A stretch of 64,000 bases of DNA from Elusimicrobiota bacterium (GCA_016218545.1 JACRDQ010000030.1:256172-320171), one strand, 5' to 3'. Positions 29,676 to 40,666 are shown, numbered from the stretch's first letter. Notes: generated by a model not told the origin, from the sequence alone. Numbers and translations: made by a program.

Positions 29676-30537
29676 GGCTGCGCGGGTCCCTGCGCCAGTC
29701 CTTGCGGACCTTGATCTGAAGCTCGAGACGCACCCTGCGGCCGAGGAAGGCTTCCACCGCCCGGGTCGAGCGCTCGGAGAGCTCGCGGATCATGCGTCCG
29801 GCTTTGCCGATGAGGATGCCCTTCTGGGAATCGCGCTCCACGAAGACCGAGGCCATGATCTCGTCGGGCCTGCCCTTGGCCTCGCGGAAGAGCTCGATCT
29901 GCACCGCGCAGGCGTGCGGGACCTCCTCCTCGAAGAGCTCGAAGATCTTCTCCCGGATGATCTCGGAGACGAAGAAGCGCTCGTAGCGGTCCGAGAGGTT
30001 GTCGCGGTCGTAGAAGGGCTCGCCCTCGGGCATGAGGGCCTTGACCGCCTCCAGGAGCGCCGGGATCCCGTTCCCCTTCAGGGCCGAGACGCTCAAGACC
30101 GCCTTGGGAGAGAGGGCCTTGGCCCAGGCGGCTTCGACGTCCGCGAGCCCCGAGGCCTTGAGGTCCGACTTGTTCACGGCCACGATCAGGGGGATCTCAG
30201 GGTTCTTCAAGGCCGAGAGCTCGGAGACGAAGTCCGGGTCCGGAGCCGCCGGGTCGACGAGGAGCACGACCGCGTCCGCGTCGGAGCGCAGGGCGTTGCG
30301 CGCGGTCTTGAGCAGGGTCTTGCGCAGGTCGTCCTGCGGCCCGACCAGGAGGCCCGGGGTGTCGAGGAGGCAGATCTGGAAGTCCGGCCCGTTCAAGATG
30401 CCCAGGATCTTGTGGCGCGTGGTCTGGGGCTTGGCCGAGACGATGGAGAGCTTGGACCCGAGGAGCGCGTTGAGCAGGGTGGATTTGCCGGCATTGGGCC
30501 TGCCCGCGAGCACGGCGAAGCCTGATTTGAATCCCAT
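29650..30537 (-). CDS. era: GTPase Era
   Basis: G1 GRPNAGKST, G3 DTPG, G4 NKSD, and a C-terminal KH domain. Confidence 0.92.
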   Translation of the reverse strand: MGFKSGFAVLAGRPNAGKSTLLNALLGSKLSIVSAKPQTTRHKILGILNGPDFQICLLDTPGLLVGPQDDLRKTLLKTARNALRSDADAVVLLVDPAAPDPDFVSELSALKNPEIPLIVAVNKSDLKASGLADVEAAWAKALSPKAVLSVSALKGNGIPALLEAVKALMPEGEPFYDRDNLSDRYERFFVSEIIREKIFELFEEEVPHACAVQIELFREAKGRPDEIMASVFVERDSQKGILIGKAGRMIRELSERSTRAVEAFLGRRVRLELQIKVRKDWRRDPRSLKEFGYFE

Positions 30538-32261
30538 CAGTCCCTCCTGCCAGGATGGATGACGCCGGGACGGCGGCGAGCACCGCCGCCGGCGGGGTCC
30601 GAGCCGGCCCGGCGCAGCTTCCGGCGCAGCGCGTCGAGCCTGTCCTTCCAGAACGGCCTGCCCCGCTCCAGGACGTCGGCCTGGTCGAGCGCGGCCAGGG
30701 CCTCCGCTGCCCTGCCGGAGGCCGCGAGGTAGGTTCCCAGCTCCAGCCGCAGGATGGGGTCGAGCGGGTTGAGCCCCACGGCGCGCTCCTGGCTGGCCAC
30801 GGCCTCGGCCAGGGCGGCCGTGTCGTCCGTGGCCGCGTGGCGCGCGGCATGGACCAGGGCCAGCCCGCGCTCGGGCTCGAAGTGGGGAGGCTGGACCTCG
30901 ATGGCGGCTGAAAAGGCCCGGGCCGCCCGGTCCAGGTCGCCCGCTTCCAGAGCCGCCCGGCCTTCGACGCAGAGCCTGCTGCCCATCCACGGGGACACGA
31001 CCCAGGGCAGGCTGGCGAGCAGCAGGGCCGACGCCACGAGCGCCGCGGACTTGCGGGGGGCCCACCACGGCTCAGCCGCCGGGGCCGCGAGCAGGGCCAG
31101 GCAGAGCGCGGCCGAGAGCAGGGTCGCGAGATACTCGGCTGCCACGTTGACCACGGCGAACGAGGCGAACAAGACGAGGCCCAGCAGGAAGGGCCAGCGG
31201 TCCGAGACCGCGGCCCAGCGCCGCTTGAGGCGCAGGGCCCACCAGGCGCAGAACGCGGCCAGGCTGCCTGCGCCGATGAGCCCGGTCTCGGCCAGGGAGC
31301 CGAGCACGAGGCTGTGGCTCGCCCGCACGTTGAGCGCGGCCGAGGGGTCCCTGAAGGCAGGGTAGGCGGAAGCGAAGCAATCGGGTCCCACGCCGAGCCA
31401 GGGGTGCGCGAGGAACATCTGCCACGCGCTGGCCCACCACTTGAGCCTCACGAAGTGCCCTCCGCTCGCCATGGCCGGGCCCGCCAGTTGGAAGCTGACG
31501 TGGAGCTTCTTCCAGAGGACCCACGCCAGGAAGACCGCGGCCGCTCCTGCCGCTGCCCCGGCTCCGACGCGATGCCGGGTGAGCCAGGACTTGAGGGGCC
31601 CGAGCCCGAGCATGAAGGGCGCGGCCAAGAGCACGCAGAGCAGGCCCCAGACGGACTCGGCCAGAGGGATGCAGGCCAGGGCGCCGGCGAGTCCCATGGC
31701 CCAGTACCAGCGCGGCGCGTTCCCCTGGCCGCTGCCGCCGAAGGTCCTCGCTGCGAGAGGAGGGATCCAGGGCAGGACGAAGGCCACGGCTCCGTGGGCG
31801 TTGGGGAAGGTGCCTGGAGCCTGGTGGTTGAACGGGTCCACCACCCTGGCGTGCTGGACGACCATGACGACCGCCTCGAAGGCCAGGAAGGGCGCCAGGC
31901 AGGCCAGGAAGACCTCGGCGGCCGAGGCTTCCCTGAAGGCCCTCAAGGCCGCGAAGAAGAGGACCAGGGCGCAGAGCCAGTCCGCCAGCCCGAGCAGGGA
32001 CTCTCCGGGATTGATCGAGAAGCGCCACGAGAGCGCCATGGCTGCGGCGACCAGCGCGGCCCAGGGCGCTGATGCCACAGGCAGGCCCGGGTCCTCGGTG
32101 GACCACGCCGAGAGCAGGAGAGTCGCGGCCAGGCCGAGCAGGGCCGCGACGTAGACCGCGGTGGAGGCCCACAGGTCATGCGCTCCTTGGGCGGCTCCGG
32201 AGGCCGCGAGGAGGAGTCCCAGCAGGGCTGCGCCGGAAGCGAATGAGACCTTGCGCTGCAT
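30537..32261 (-). CDS. O-antigen ligase-like (Wzy_C) polytopic membrane protein with C-terminal TPR-like domain
   Basis: About 12 TM helices with a large periplasmic loop, then TPR-like helical repeats (ALEAGDLDRAARAFSAAIEVQP...). Confidence 0.65.
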   Translation of the reverse strand: MQRKVSFASGAALLGLLLAASGAAQGAHDLWASTAVYVAALLGLAATLLLSAWSTEDPGLPVASAPWAALVAAAMALSWRFSINPGESLLGLADWLCALVLFFAALRAFREASAAEVFLACLAPFLAFEAVVMVVQHARVVDPFNHQAPGTFPNAHGAVAFVLPWIPPLAARTFGGSGQGNAPRWYWAMGLAGALACIPLAESVWGLLCVLLAAPFMLGLGPLKSWLTRHRVGAGAAAGAAAVFLAWVLWKKLHVSFQLAGPAMASGGHFVRLKWWASAWQMFLAHPWLGVGPDCFASAYPAFRDPSAALNVRASHSLVLGSLAETGLIGAGSLAAFCAWWALRLKRRWAAVSDRWPFLLGLVLFASFAVVNVAAEYLATLLSAALCLALLAAPAAEPWWAPRKSAALVASALLLASLPWVVSPWMGSRLCVEGRAALEAGDLDRAARAFSAAIEVQPPHFEPERGLALVHAARHAATDDTAALAEAVASQERAVGLNPLDPILRLELGTYLAASGRAAEALAALDQADVLERGRPFWKDRLDALRRKLRRAGSDPAGGGARRRPGVIHPGRRD

Positions 32262-33523
32262 CAGCGGCTCCCCGCGGCCCGCCGGGAAGCCGCGAGGTCG
32301 TAGAGCCAGAGCGCTCCCCTCGCGGTCAGGATCAGGACGAAGGGCATCACGGTCAGCCTGTAGCGGATGACGGATTGGCTGATGGAGAAGCTCATGGTCA
32401 AGACGAGCACGAAGACCCCCATCCAGCGGACCCCGGGCCTGCTCCAGCCGAGGACGAGCCCTGCCAGGGCCAGGGGCAGGACCCAGCCGTCGGAGAGCAG
32501 GGCCAGCAGGCGCACGGCCGAGGTCCGGTGGGTGTAGGCCCGGTCGCGCGGGACGATCCTCCAGAGGCCGAAGAACCTGCCGGCGCAGTCCATGGCGAAG
32601 CTCCAGGGCCGGGCCGCGGCCAGGCGCAGGGCGGCCAGGACGTAGGCGCGGTTGCTCTCGAGCTCAGGCAGGACCGAGATCCTCTGAAACTCGGTGTCGT
32701 CTCCGGGCCTTCCCAGGATGCGGTCCTGCTCCGGCGTGCCCCGGATCTCATAGGGAACGCTGAAGGCGACGTACATCTCCACGCCGAGGGAGGTCGAGGT
32801 CGGGATGAACGCCTTCATCACGAGGGCGTTGCGGAGCAGCCAGCCTCCCATCAGGCTTCCGGCCACGAGCGCGAAGGCCAGGAGACCCTTCCAGCGCCGG
32901 GCCGGCTCCTGCTGCCAGGCCAGGAAGGCCCCGAAGGCCGCGGTCAGCGGGGTCAGGGCCGTGTTCGTGAGGCACATCCACCCTGCCAGGCCGCCTGCGC
33001 CGGCCCCTGCTCCTACGCCGCTGGAGCGGAGCGACACGAAGAAGGCAGCGGAGGCCAGGAAGGGCAGCAGGGTCTCCCGGAAGAGGAAGCCCGGGTAGTA
33101 GCAGAAGTAGGGATAGAAGCTCGCGATCCATAGGGCGGCGCGGCTCGTCCGGGGGTCGAAGATGAGCAGGGCCAGGCGGAAGACCAGGTAGACCGTGGCC
33201 GTGGACAAGGCCGCCTGCGCTGCCAGCACCGCCCAGGGGCTCTGGCCTGAGAGGGCGTAGAGGCCGGCGATGAAGAGCGGGTAGCCCGGCTCCCGGACCG
33301 CCATGGGCGCGGGAGGGACGAGGGTGTAGACCCCGTGGCGCAGGATGTTGATCCCGATCTGCTCGTAGTCCAGGCTGCCGAAGATCTGCCTGCCGTCGAA
33401 GGAATAGGCCGCGAATCCGAAGCGCAGCAGGAGCGCTGCAGCCAGGCACAAGAGGAGCTCACAGCGGCTCGGTCCTCCCGCTTGGGGGGAGCCGACGGAC
33501 CCCTCAGAAGCGTCCGGTGACAT
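32261..33523 (-). CDS. GT-C fold (GT39/ArnT/PMT-like) membrane glycosyltransferase, third family member
   Basis: N-terminal loop SLDYEQIG (DE motif). Multiple TM helices. No SD; start uncertain. Confidence 0.65.
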   Translation of the reverse strand: MSPDASEGSVGSPQAGGPSRCELLLCLAAALLLRFGFAAYSFDGRQIFGSLDYEQIGINILRHGVYTLVPPAPMAVREPGYPLFIAGLYALSGQSPWAVLAAQAALSTATVYLVFRLALLIFDPRTSRAALWIASFYPYFCYYPGFLFRETLLPFLASAAFFVSLRSSGVGAGAGAGGLAGWMCLTNTALTPLTAAFGAFLAWQQEPARRWKGLLAFALVAGSLMGGWLLRNALVMKAFIPTSTSLGVEMYVAFSVPYEIRGTPEQDRILGRPGDDTEFQRISVLPELESNRAYVLAALRLAAARPWSFAMDCAGRFFGLWRIVPRDRAYTHRTSAVRLLALLSDGWVLPLALAGLVLGWSRPGVRWMGVFVLVLTMSFSISQSVIRYRLTVMPFVLILTARGALWLYDLAASRRAAGSR

Positions 33524-34010
33524 GAGGAGGCAAGGGGTTCGTCGGTGGCATGGGCTGGTCGTGGAGGGGTCCGCCAGGCGAGAAAGTACCAAATCCACGG
33601 CAGGGGCGCAAACGCAGTCCTTCAGCCGTTCCTCATGGTCCAAGCCTGCGCCTGATATCGTCCACCCGCCGCCTGATCTCCTCCTCGCTGGGGAGCTGCA
33701 CCTTGCCTGGATCTGCCTCCGGGCCATCCGCGTTTGAAGGCCCTGACGGGTTCGGCCGTGCCGCAGGGTACTTTGCCGTGAGCTGGACGGAAACCGTGTT
33801 GAAGAGCTCCTGCCATGTGCCTCCCGGGGGAGTCTTGCCGAACTGTCCTGTCCAAGTGTAGCAGCCGCAGAGGCCGCAGTCAGGGGTCTCCAGACCCAAG
33901 GATGCAATCGGATCAGGACCCAGGGGGCATGGGCCCTGCGTTCGCCTTGATAACGGCGTTGGATTTTTGAGAGAATGAAGCGACAATCCCATCGGCGGAG
34001 GTCCAAAGAA

Positions 34011-34754
34011 ATGTTCCAGAGCACGTCGTCCGTCCTCATCATCCTCGTGGTCGCGGCGTTCCTGTCCATCAAGCTGGTCAATGAGTACGACCGGGTGGTG
34101 GTCTTCGTCCTGGGCCGGCTCTGGAAGGTCTGCGGCCCCGGGCCCATCATCGTGGTGCCCGGCATCATGCGCGGCCAGCTGGTGAGCCTCCGGACCGTGG
34201 TCCTCGACGTGCCCCCGCAGGACGTCATCACCAAGGACAACGTCTCCATCAAGGTCAACGCCGTCGTCTATCTGCGGGTGGTGGACGCGCAGCGGGCGGT
34301 CATCCAGGTGGAGAACTACCTCTATGCCACGAGCCAGTGGGCGCAGACGACCCTGCGCTCGATCCTGGGCAAGTCCGAGGTCGACGAGATCCTGGCGCAC
34401 CGCGACAAGATCAACAACGAGCTCCAGCAGATCCTCGACGCCCACACCGAGCCGTGGGGCGTGAAGGTCTCCAACGTCGAGATCAAGAACGTGGACTTCG
34501 CGCAGGAGATGCTGCGCGCCATGGCCAAGCAGGCCGAGGCCGAGCGCGAGCGCCGCGCCAAGGTCATCCACGCGGAAGGCGAGCTCCAGGCCTCCGAGAA
34601 GCTGGGACAGGCCGCCAAGGTCCTGTCGGCCGACCCGGCCTCCATCCAGCTCCGGTACCTGCAGACGCTCTCTGAGATCGCGATCGACAAGAACTCCACC
34701 ACCATCTTCCCGGTGCCGGTGGACGTGATCTCGATGTTCGTCAAGAAGACTTGA
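34011..34754 (+). CDS. SPFH/Band-7 (stomatin/HflK/C-like) membrane protein
   Basis: GGAGGT RBS. N-terminal TM. SPFH core [12 protein letters not shown]...[16 protein letters not shown]. Coiled-coil tail. Confidence 0.88.
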   Translation: MFQSTSSVLIILVVAAFLSIKLVNEYDRVVVFVLGRLWKVCGPGPIIVVPGIMRGQLVSLRTVVLDVPPQDVITKDNVSIKVNAVVYLRVVDAQRAVIQVENYLYATSQWAQTTLRSILGKSEVDEILAHRDKINNELQQILDAHTEPWGVKVSNVEIKNVDFAQEMLRAMAKQAEAERERRAKVIHAEGELQASEKLGQAAKVLSADPASIQLRYLQTLSEIAIDKNSTTIFPVPVDVISMFVKKT

Positions 34755-35857
34755 GCGACGCCGGGCTGTACGTCCACGTCCCGTTCTGCTCGGGGAAGTG
34801 CTCCTATTGCGACTTCGTCTCCTTCCCCGGCAGGGCGGCGTCGGTCCCAGGGTACCTGAAGGCCCTCGAGGCTGAGGCGGGGCTGCGGCCTGCCGCGCGT
34901 CCTGAGACCCTCTACGTGGGCGGGGGCACGCCCACGGAGCTCTCGGCGGAGGACCTGGCCGCGCTCCTGGGGTCGGTCCGGCGGTCGTACCCCGGCCCTG
35001 TCTTCGAGGAGGCCACGGTCGAGGCCAATCCCGAGAGCCTCACGCCTGAGAAGGCCGCGGCCTTGAGGGAGGGCGGGGTCACCCGCCTGAGCCTGGGACT
35101 GCAGACCACGGACGATCGTCTCCTCGAGCGCATCGGCAGGAGACACCGCTTCTCCGACGCGGTCCGAGCCTTCCGGCTCGGCCGGGACGCGGGCTTCGAC
35201 ATGAGCGTGGACCTCATGTTCGGCCTTCCGGGCCAGACCCTGGAGGGCCTGGAGCGGAGCCTCTCTACAGTGCTGGCCATGCGGCCGGAGCACCTGTCGG
35301 TCTACGGGCTCGACGTGCACGAGGACACGCCCTTCGGCCGGGAGGGCGTGGTCCACGACGAGGACCTGGGACGCGCCATGTTCGAGCTCGTCATCGTCCG
35401 CGCGAGAGCCGCGGGCTACCACCACTACGAGATCTCGAACTTCGCCCTGCCCGGGCGCGAGTGCCGCCACAACATGCTCTATTGGAGGAACGAGGACTAC
35501 CTCGGCCTGGGCCCGGCCGCGGTCTCCCATCAGGACGGAGAGCGCTCCACGAACTCCCCGGGCTTGGACGAGTACCGTTCCGGCGTCCTCGCGGGCAGGC
35601 GGCCCCTGGCCCATGCCGAGCGCCTGGAGGGCAAGGAGAAGCTGGGCGAGACGGCGATGCTGGGCTTGAGGCTCCTCGACGGCGCGGAGCTCGGGCCCGA
35701 GCTCGAGGAGGCGTTCGCCCGGGAGCTTGAGTCCCTGGCGGAGCGCGGCCTCATCCTGCGCGATGGGAGGAGGACGAGGCTCTCCTCCGAGGGGCTCTTC
35801 ATGGCCAACGTCGTGGCGTCCGAGTTCGTCGCGCCGTTCGCGGAGGCGGCATGCTAG
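34751..35857 (+). CDS. hemW: Radical SAM heme chaperone HemW (HemN-like coproporphyrinogen III oxidase family)
   Basis: [17 protein letters not shown] radical-SAM motif, GGGTPT, HemN C-terminal domain. TTG start overlaps the upstream stop. Confidence 0.88.
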   Translation: MSDAGLYVHVPFCSGKCSYCDFVSFPGRAASVPGYLKALEAEAGLRPAARPETLYVGGGTPTELSAEDLAALLGSVRRSYPGPVFEEATVEANPESLTPEKAAALREGGVTRLSLGLQTTDDRLLERIGRRHRFSDAVRAFRLGRDAGFDMSVDLMFGLPGQTLEGLERSLSTVLAMRPEHLSVYGLDVHEDTPFGREGVVHDEDLGRAMFELVIVRARAAGYHHYEISNFALPGRECRHNMLYWRNEDYLGLGPAAVSHQDGERSTNSPGLDEYRSGVLAGRRPLAHAERLEGKEKLGETAMLGLRLLDGAELGPELEEAFARELESLAERGLILRDGRRTRLSSEGLFMANVVASEFVAPFAEAAC

Positions 35858-38526
35858 ACAAGACCTACGATCCCCAGCCGGTCGAGAGCAAGTGGTGCGG
35901 CGCGTGGCGCCGGAGCAAGCTCTTCGGCTCCCAGGCGGCCGCTTCCTCCGGCCCCAAGCCCTTCGTGGTCGTCATCCCGCCGCCGAACGTGACCGGCGCC
36001 CTGCACATCGGGCACGCCCTCAACAACACCCTGCAGGACATCCTGGTGCGCTGGCACAAGCTCCACGGCCGGCCCGTGTGCTGGGTGCCCGGCACGGACC
36101 ACGGCGGCATCGCGACGCAGAACGTCAAGGAGCGCCAGCTCAAGGCCGAGAACAAGACCCGGCATGACCTCGGCCGCGAGGCGTTCGTCTCTTCCATGCA
36201 GTCCTGGTCCTCCGAATGCAAGAAGACCATCCTCGGCCAGCTCGAGCGGCTCGGCTGCGGCCTGGATTGGGACCGCGAGGCCTTCACCATGGACGCGGCC
36301 CGGGCCAAGGCCGTGCACGCGGCCTTCGAGAGCTACTGGAAGAAGGGACTCATCTACCGCGGCGAGCGCATGGTCAACTGGTGCGTCCGCTGCGGGACCG
36401 CGCTCTCGGACATCGAGGTCGAGTACGAGGAGCGCAAGGGCCACCTCTGGCACATCCACTACCCCTTGAAGGGCGGGGGCGAGGGCCTGACCGTGGCCAC
36501 GACCCGGCCCGAGACCATGCTGGGGGACACCGCCGTGGCCGTGCATCCCAAGGACGCCCGGTACGCGGGCCTCATCGGCAAGTCCCTGACCCTGCCCCTC
36601 ATGGAACGGGACATCCCGGTCGTGGCCGACGACGTCGTGGAGTCCTCCTTCGGCACCGGGGCGGTCAAGGTGACGCCCGCCCACGACCCCAACGACTTCG
36701 AGATCGGCGGCCGCCACGGACTGGCCCTCATCAAGGTCATCGGCCCGGACGGCAAGATGACGTCCGAGGCGGGCGCGTACGCGGGCCTCTCCCGGGAGAA
36801 GGCCAGGGACAAGGTCCTCGAGGACCTCAAGGCCGGCGGCCGCCTCGTCAAGACCGAGGACCACCGGCACAGCGTGGGCGTCTGCTACCGCTGCATGTCC
36901 GCGGTCGAGCCCTTGGTCTCCAAGCAGTGGTTCGTGCGCATGAAGGACCTCGCGGCCCCGGCTCTGAAGGCCGTGGAGGAGGGCCGGTTCCGTATCTACC
37001 CCGAATCCTGGACCAAGCCCTACGTCGAGTGGCTCTCCAACATCCGCGACTGGTGCGTGTCGCGCCAGATCTGGTGGGGCCACCGGATCCCGGTCTGGTA
37101 CTGCGCGGCCTGCCGGGAGAAGGACGGCTACAAGCCCCAGGTGGGGGCCTCCCAGCCGGCCTCGTGCCCGGACTGCGGGGGGACGGTCCTCGAGCAGGAC
37201 CCCGACGTGCTCGACACCTGGTTCTCCTCGGCCCTCTGGCCGTTCTCCGTCTTCGGCTGGCCCGACCAGGGGCCGGACCTCTCCTTCCATTATCCCACGA
37301 GCGTGCTCGTGACGGGCTATGAGATCCTCTACCTATGGGTCGCGCGCATGCAGATGTCGGGCCTCGAGGCCCTCGGCCAGGTCCCCTTCGAGCACGCCGT
37401 CATCCACGGCATCGTCCGCGACAAGAAGGGCAAGAAGATGTCGAAGTCCCTGGGCAACGTCATCGACCCGCTCGTGATGATGGACAAGTACGGCACCGAC
37501 GCCCTGCGCTTCTCGCTGGCGGTCCAGGCCCACCCGGGCCGGGACATCCCGTTCTCCGAGGAGTCTCTCACCGGCTCGCGGAACTTCGCCAACAAGCTCT
37601 GGAACTCCACGCGCTTCGTGCTCATGAACCTGCCGGAGACCGCGCCCGAGGGCGGGCTCTCCCTGAAGGGCTTCGCCCCGGAGGCCCTCGACCTCTGCGA
37701 CCGCTGGATCCTGGCCGAGTACGCTCAGACCCTTTCCCGCTGCCGCGGGCTCATGAAGGAATACGAGGTCGCGGCCGCCGCGGACGTCCTCTACGGCTTC
37801 CTCTGGGACCGCTTCTGCGACTGGTACGTCGAGCTGGCCAAGATCCGCCTCCAGGGCGCCGACGAGGCCGCCAAGGCCGCGCCGCGCGCGGTCCTGGCGC
37901 ACGTGCTGACCGGGACCCTCAAGATGCTCCACCCCTTCATGCCCTACATCACCGAGGAGCTCTACGCGAGCCTCAAGCCCTTCGTGGGCGAGCATGCGGA
38001 CTTCCTCCTGCGGTCCGGGGCGCCGGAGCCGGGGTCCGAGTGGGAGTCCGCGGGCGCGATCCGGGAGATGGGACGGCTCATCGACGTGGTCAAGGCCCTG
38101 CGGACCTTGCGCTCCGAGATGTGCGTGCCTCCGGGCCTGAGGATCTCTGCCATCGCCGAGGGCGGGGAGTCCCGCGACCGGGACCTCCTCTTCAAGTACG
38201 GCGAGTACGTGAGGTTCCTCGCCAGGCTCTCGGAGCTCAAGCCCTCGCACGACGGCGAGCGGCCCCCGCACAGCGCCACGGCCGTGGCCTCGGGCATGAC
38301 CTTCTTCGTGCCCCTGGAGGGCGTCATCGACCTCTCCAAGGAGCGTCAGCGCCTGGAGAAGGAGGTCGGACGGCTGGAGGTCGAGGCCGCGCGGCTGGCC
38401 GCCAAGCTGGGCGACGCCGTGTTCATGGAGCGCGCGCCCCGCGAGCAGGTGGACCTCTCCCGCTCCCAGCACGCGGACGCGAACGCCCGCCTGGGCCGGC
38501 TCAAGGACGTCCTGAAGTCCCTCTGA
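35851..38526 (+). CDS. valS: Valine--tRNA ligase
   Basis: HIGH motif PPNVTGALHIGH. KMSKS motif. ValRS-type C-terminal coiled coil. Confidence 0.95.
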   Translation: MLDKTYDPQPVESKWCGAWRRSKLFGSQAAASSGPKPFVVVIPPPNVTGALHIGHALNNTLQDILVRWHKLHGRPVCWVPGTDHGGIATQNVKERQLKAENKTRHDLGREAFVSSMQSWSSECKKTILGQLERLGCGLDWDREAFTMDAARAKAVHAAFESYWKKGLIYRGERMVNWCVRCGTALSDIEVEYEERKGHLWHIHYPLKGGGEGLTVATTRPETMLGDTAVAVHPKDARYAGLIGKSLTLPLMERDIPVVADDVVESSFGTGAVKVTPAHDPNDFEIGGRHGLALIKVIGPDGKMTSEAGAYAGLSREKARDKVLEDLKAGGRLVKTEDHRHSVGVCYRCMSAVEPLVSKQWFVRMKDLAAPALKAVEEGRFRIYPESWTKPYVEWLSNIRDWCVSRQIWWGHRIPVWYCAACREKDGYKPQVGASQPASCPDCGGTVLEQDPDVLDTWFSSALWPFSVFGWPDQGPDLSFHYPTSVLVTGYEILYLWVARMQMSGLEALGQVPFEHAVIHGIVRDKKGKKMSKSLGNVIDPLVMMDKYGTDALRFSLAVQAHPGRDIPFSEESLTGSRNFANKLWNSTRFVLMNLPETAPEGGLSLKGFAPEALDLCDRWILAEYAQTLSRCRGLMKEYEVAAAADVLYGFLWDRFCDWYVELAKIRLQGADEAAKAAPRAVLAHVLTGTLKMLHPFMPYITEELYASLKPFVGEHADFLLRSGAPEPGSEWESAGAIREMGRLIDVVKALRTLRSEMCVPPGLRISAIAEGGESRDRDLLFKYGEYVRFLARLSELKPSHDGERPPHSATAVASGMTFFVPLEGVIDLSKERQRLEKEVGRLEVEAARLAAKLGDAVFMERAPREQVDLSRSQHADANARLGRLKDVLKSL

Positions 38527-38536
38527 CCCGGCGGGC

Positions 38537-40666
38537 TCAGCGCGCGATGCGGAAGCCCACGCGCGAGTCGCCGCTCGACATGCCCTCGCGGTGCGTGGTG
38601 GTGGCCTTGGAAGCGCCGTAGCGCCAGACCCCGCCGCGGATCATCGTGGAACTGCCCGACGTGGTCCAGGCTCCGGCGTTCGAGGGCGCCCCGCTGTACG
38701 TGTCGTGGAAGAGGTCCTCGACCCACTCGTAGACGTTGCCCGCCATGTCGCAGACCCCGTGGACCGTCACGTCCCTCTTGGAGCAGGGCGGCCAGGGCAC
38801 GTTCCTGCCGCAGCCGTCACCCGCCACGTCCGTGACCGCGTGATCGCAGGTGAGGGCCTCGTTCCCCCAGGGGTACTTCCAGTCCTTCCCGCCCCCGCGG
38901 GCGGCGTATTCCCACTCGGCCTCGGAGGGCAGGCGGCCGCCCGCCCACCGGGCGAAGGCCTGGGCCTGGTCCTGGTTGATGCACACGACCGGGAGCTCGT
39001 CCTGCATGAATTGGCTCAGCGTGGCCGCCCCGAACACGGTGCAGGAGGCGTTGGTCGGGGTGCAGGCCCCGGCTCCGACGCACTCCTTGTACTGCCCCAG
39101 GGTGACCTCGGTCTTGGAGAGCTGGAACGAGGGCACGGTGACCATGTGGACCGGCTTCTCGGTGCCGTCGTCGTTGGAGCCCATCATGAACGTCCCGCCC
39201 GGAATCGGGACCCACACGATCCCGCTCCTGCCCTTGACGGGCGCGGACTTGAGCGCCTCCGGCGGGACCGTGCCCGCCGGCAGAAGGGGGGCCAGCTCCG
39301 AGAGGAAGGGGTTGTCCTCGCTCGTGCGGCCGTAGGCCTGGACGAACATCATGGCCCAGCGCTTCTTGTCCTTGTCCGGGATGACGGAGAGGCTCAGCAG
39401 CCTGCGGAGCTTGCTCCAGTCCTTGTCCCGGGCCTCGGCGCGGCGCGCGCGCGCCTCCTCGGCCGCCTTCTTGGCCTCGGAGAACTTCTTCCACTCCTCG
39501 GCGCGGCGGTTGGCTTTGTCGGCGAACTGCGGGCTCGACTGCGCCAGGGCCAGCCACCGGGCGGCCTTGTCCTCGGCCGAGGCCTCGCCCTTGTCGAAGG
39601 CGATGGCCGCGTCGTACTTCTCCAGGGCGTCCACGTCGAGGTCGCGCCAGTCCGCGGTGTCCGCGTCGGAGGCGAGGGCCTCGGGCGCCGAGACCGCGGG
39701 CACCGTGGGCAGCTCGCTGATCTGGAACATCTCCGCGGTGGAGCGGCCCGCGGACTCCTTGGCGAGGACCGACAGGTCCGGGCCGGCCTCGCCGGCCGAG
39801 GTCCCGAAGACGGCGGCGGTCTTGCCGGTGAGCTCCGGGGTCTGCTCGCGGCCCCTGAGGGTCGCGCGCAGGGCCTCGTCCGCGAAGCTGAAGATCTCGC
39901 CGGCCGTCACCTTGCCGTCGTGGTCGGAGTCGGCCCAGCCGCGCAGCGCTCCGAGGAGCAGGTAGCTGAAGGCGGGCCTCTTGGCTCCGGGGAGGGGGCC
40001 GGCGAACTGGTTGCCCTTGGCCGCGGTGAGCACCACGAAGCGCGCGTCCTGCGGAGGGGTGAGCGCGGCCAGGACCAGGGGCTGGAGGCCCTCCACCAGG
40101 GCGCCGGCCTCGGTCCTGCCTGAGAAGCACGCGTCGATGACGACGTTCACCTGGCTCGCCTTGGTCGAGCCGAGCAGGCGCAGGACCTCTCCCCTGGGGA
40201 GGCTCCGGGCGTAGAGGCTGGCGGCCTTCTGCTGGGCGTCCACGCCCACGAGGACCCCGTCCTTGGCGTCCTGGCCGGGGGCTCCGTGGCCGATGAAGAC
40301 GAACCAGAGGGTCCCTCCCTGCGCGGCGCGCACGGCGCTCTCGACCGCGGCCTGGCGGATCTCCTCGACGGTCCCGTCCGACTCGAGGAGGAGGCGGATG
40401 TTGGCGGGCTTGAGCCCCCGGGTCTTGGTGAGGTAGTCGTACCAGGCCCGGGCGTTGTCTCCGGCCCCTTTGACCGGGGACACGAACGCGTAGCGCTCGA
40501 TGCCCACGATGACCGCGGCGTCGCTCTCTCCACCGCCGATGGAGGCGGCGGGCTTGCCGAGGTCCGGCCAGGAGACCTTCGCCCACGCCTCCGGCGCGGC
40601 GCAGAGCGCGGCGGCGGCGAGCAGCAAGGTCGCGCGGATCACGCGGGGGCGGAAGGTCTTGTCCAT
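38537..40666 (-). CDS. Secreted caspase-family (peptidase C14) domain fused to a C-terminal formylglycine-generating-enzyme (FGE/SUMF1) domain
   Basis: Signal peptide. His-Cys dyad context FIGHGAP...VIDACFSG. C-terminal FGE-like domain (GGSW..GFRIAR, WEWV, conserved Cys pattern). AGGAGC RBS. Confidence 0.8.
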   Translation of the reverse strand: MDKTFRPRVIRATLLLAAAALCAAPEAWAKVSWPDLGKPAASIGGGESDAAVIVGIERYAFVSPVKGAGDNARAWYDYLTKTRGLKPANIRLLLESDGTVEEIRQAAVESAVRAAQGGTLWFVFIGHGAPGQDAKDGVLVGVDAQQKAASLYARSLPRGEVLRLLGSTKASQVNVVIDACFSGRTEAGALVEGLQPLVLAALTPPQDARFVVLTAAKGNQFAGPLPGAKRPAFSYLLLGALRGWADSDHDGKVTAGEIFSFADEALRATLRGREQTPELTGKTAAVFGTSAGEAGPDLSVLAKESAGRSTAEMFQISELPTVPAVSAPEALASDADTADWRDLDVDALEKYDAAIAFDKGEASAEDKAARWLALAQSSPQFADKANRRAEEWKKFSEAKKAAEEARARRAEARDKDWSKLRRLLSLSVIPDKDKKRWAMMFVQAYGRTSEDNPFLSELAPLLPAGTVPPEALKSAPVKGRSGIVWVPIPGGTFMMGSNDDGTEKPVHMVTVPSFQLSKTEVTLGQYKECVGAGACTPTNASCTVFGAATLSQFMQDELPVVCINQDQAQAFARWAGGRLPSEAEWEYAARGGGKDWKYPWGNEALTCDHAVTDVAGDGCGRNVPWPPCSKRDVTVHGVCDMAGNVYEWVEDLFHDTYSGAPSNAGAWTTSGSSTMIRGGVWRYGASKATTTHREGMSSGDSRVGFRIAR

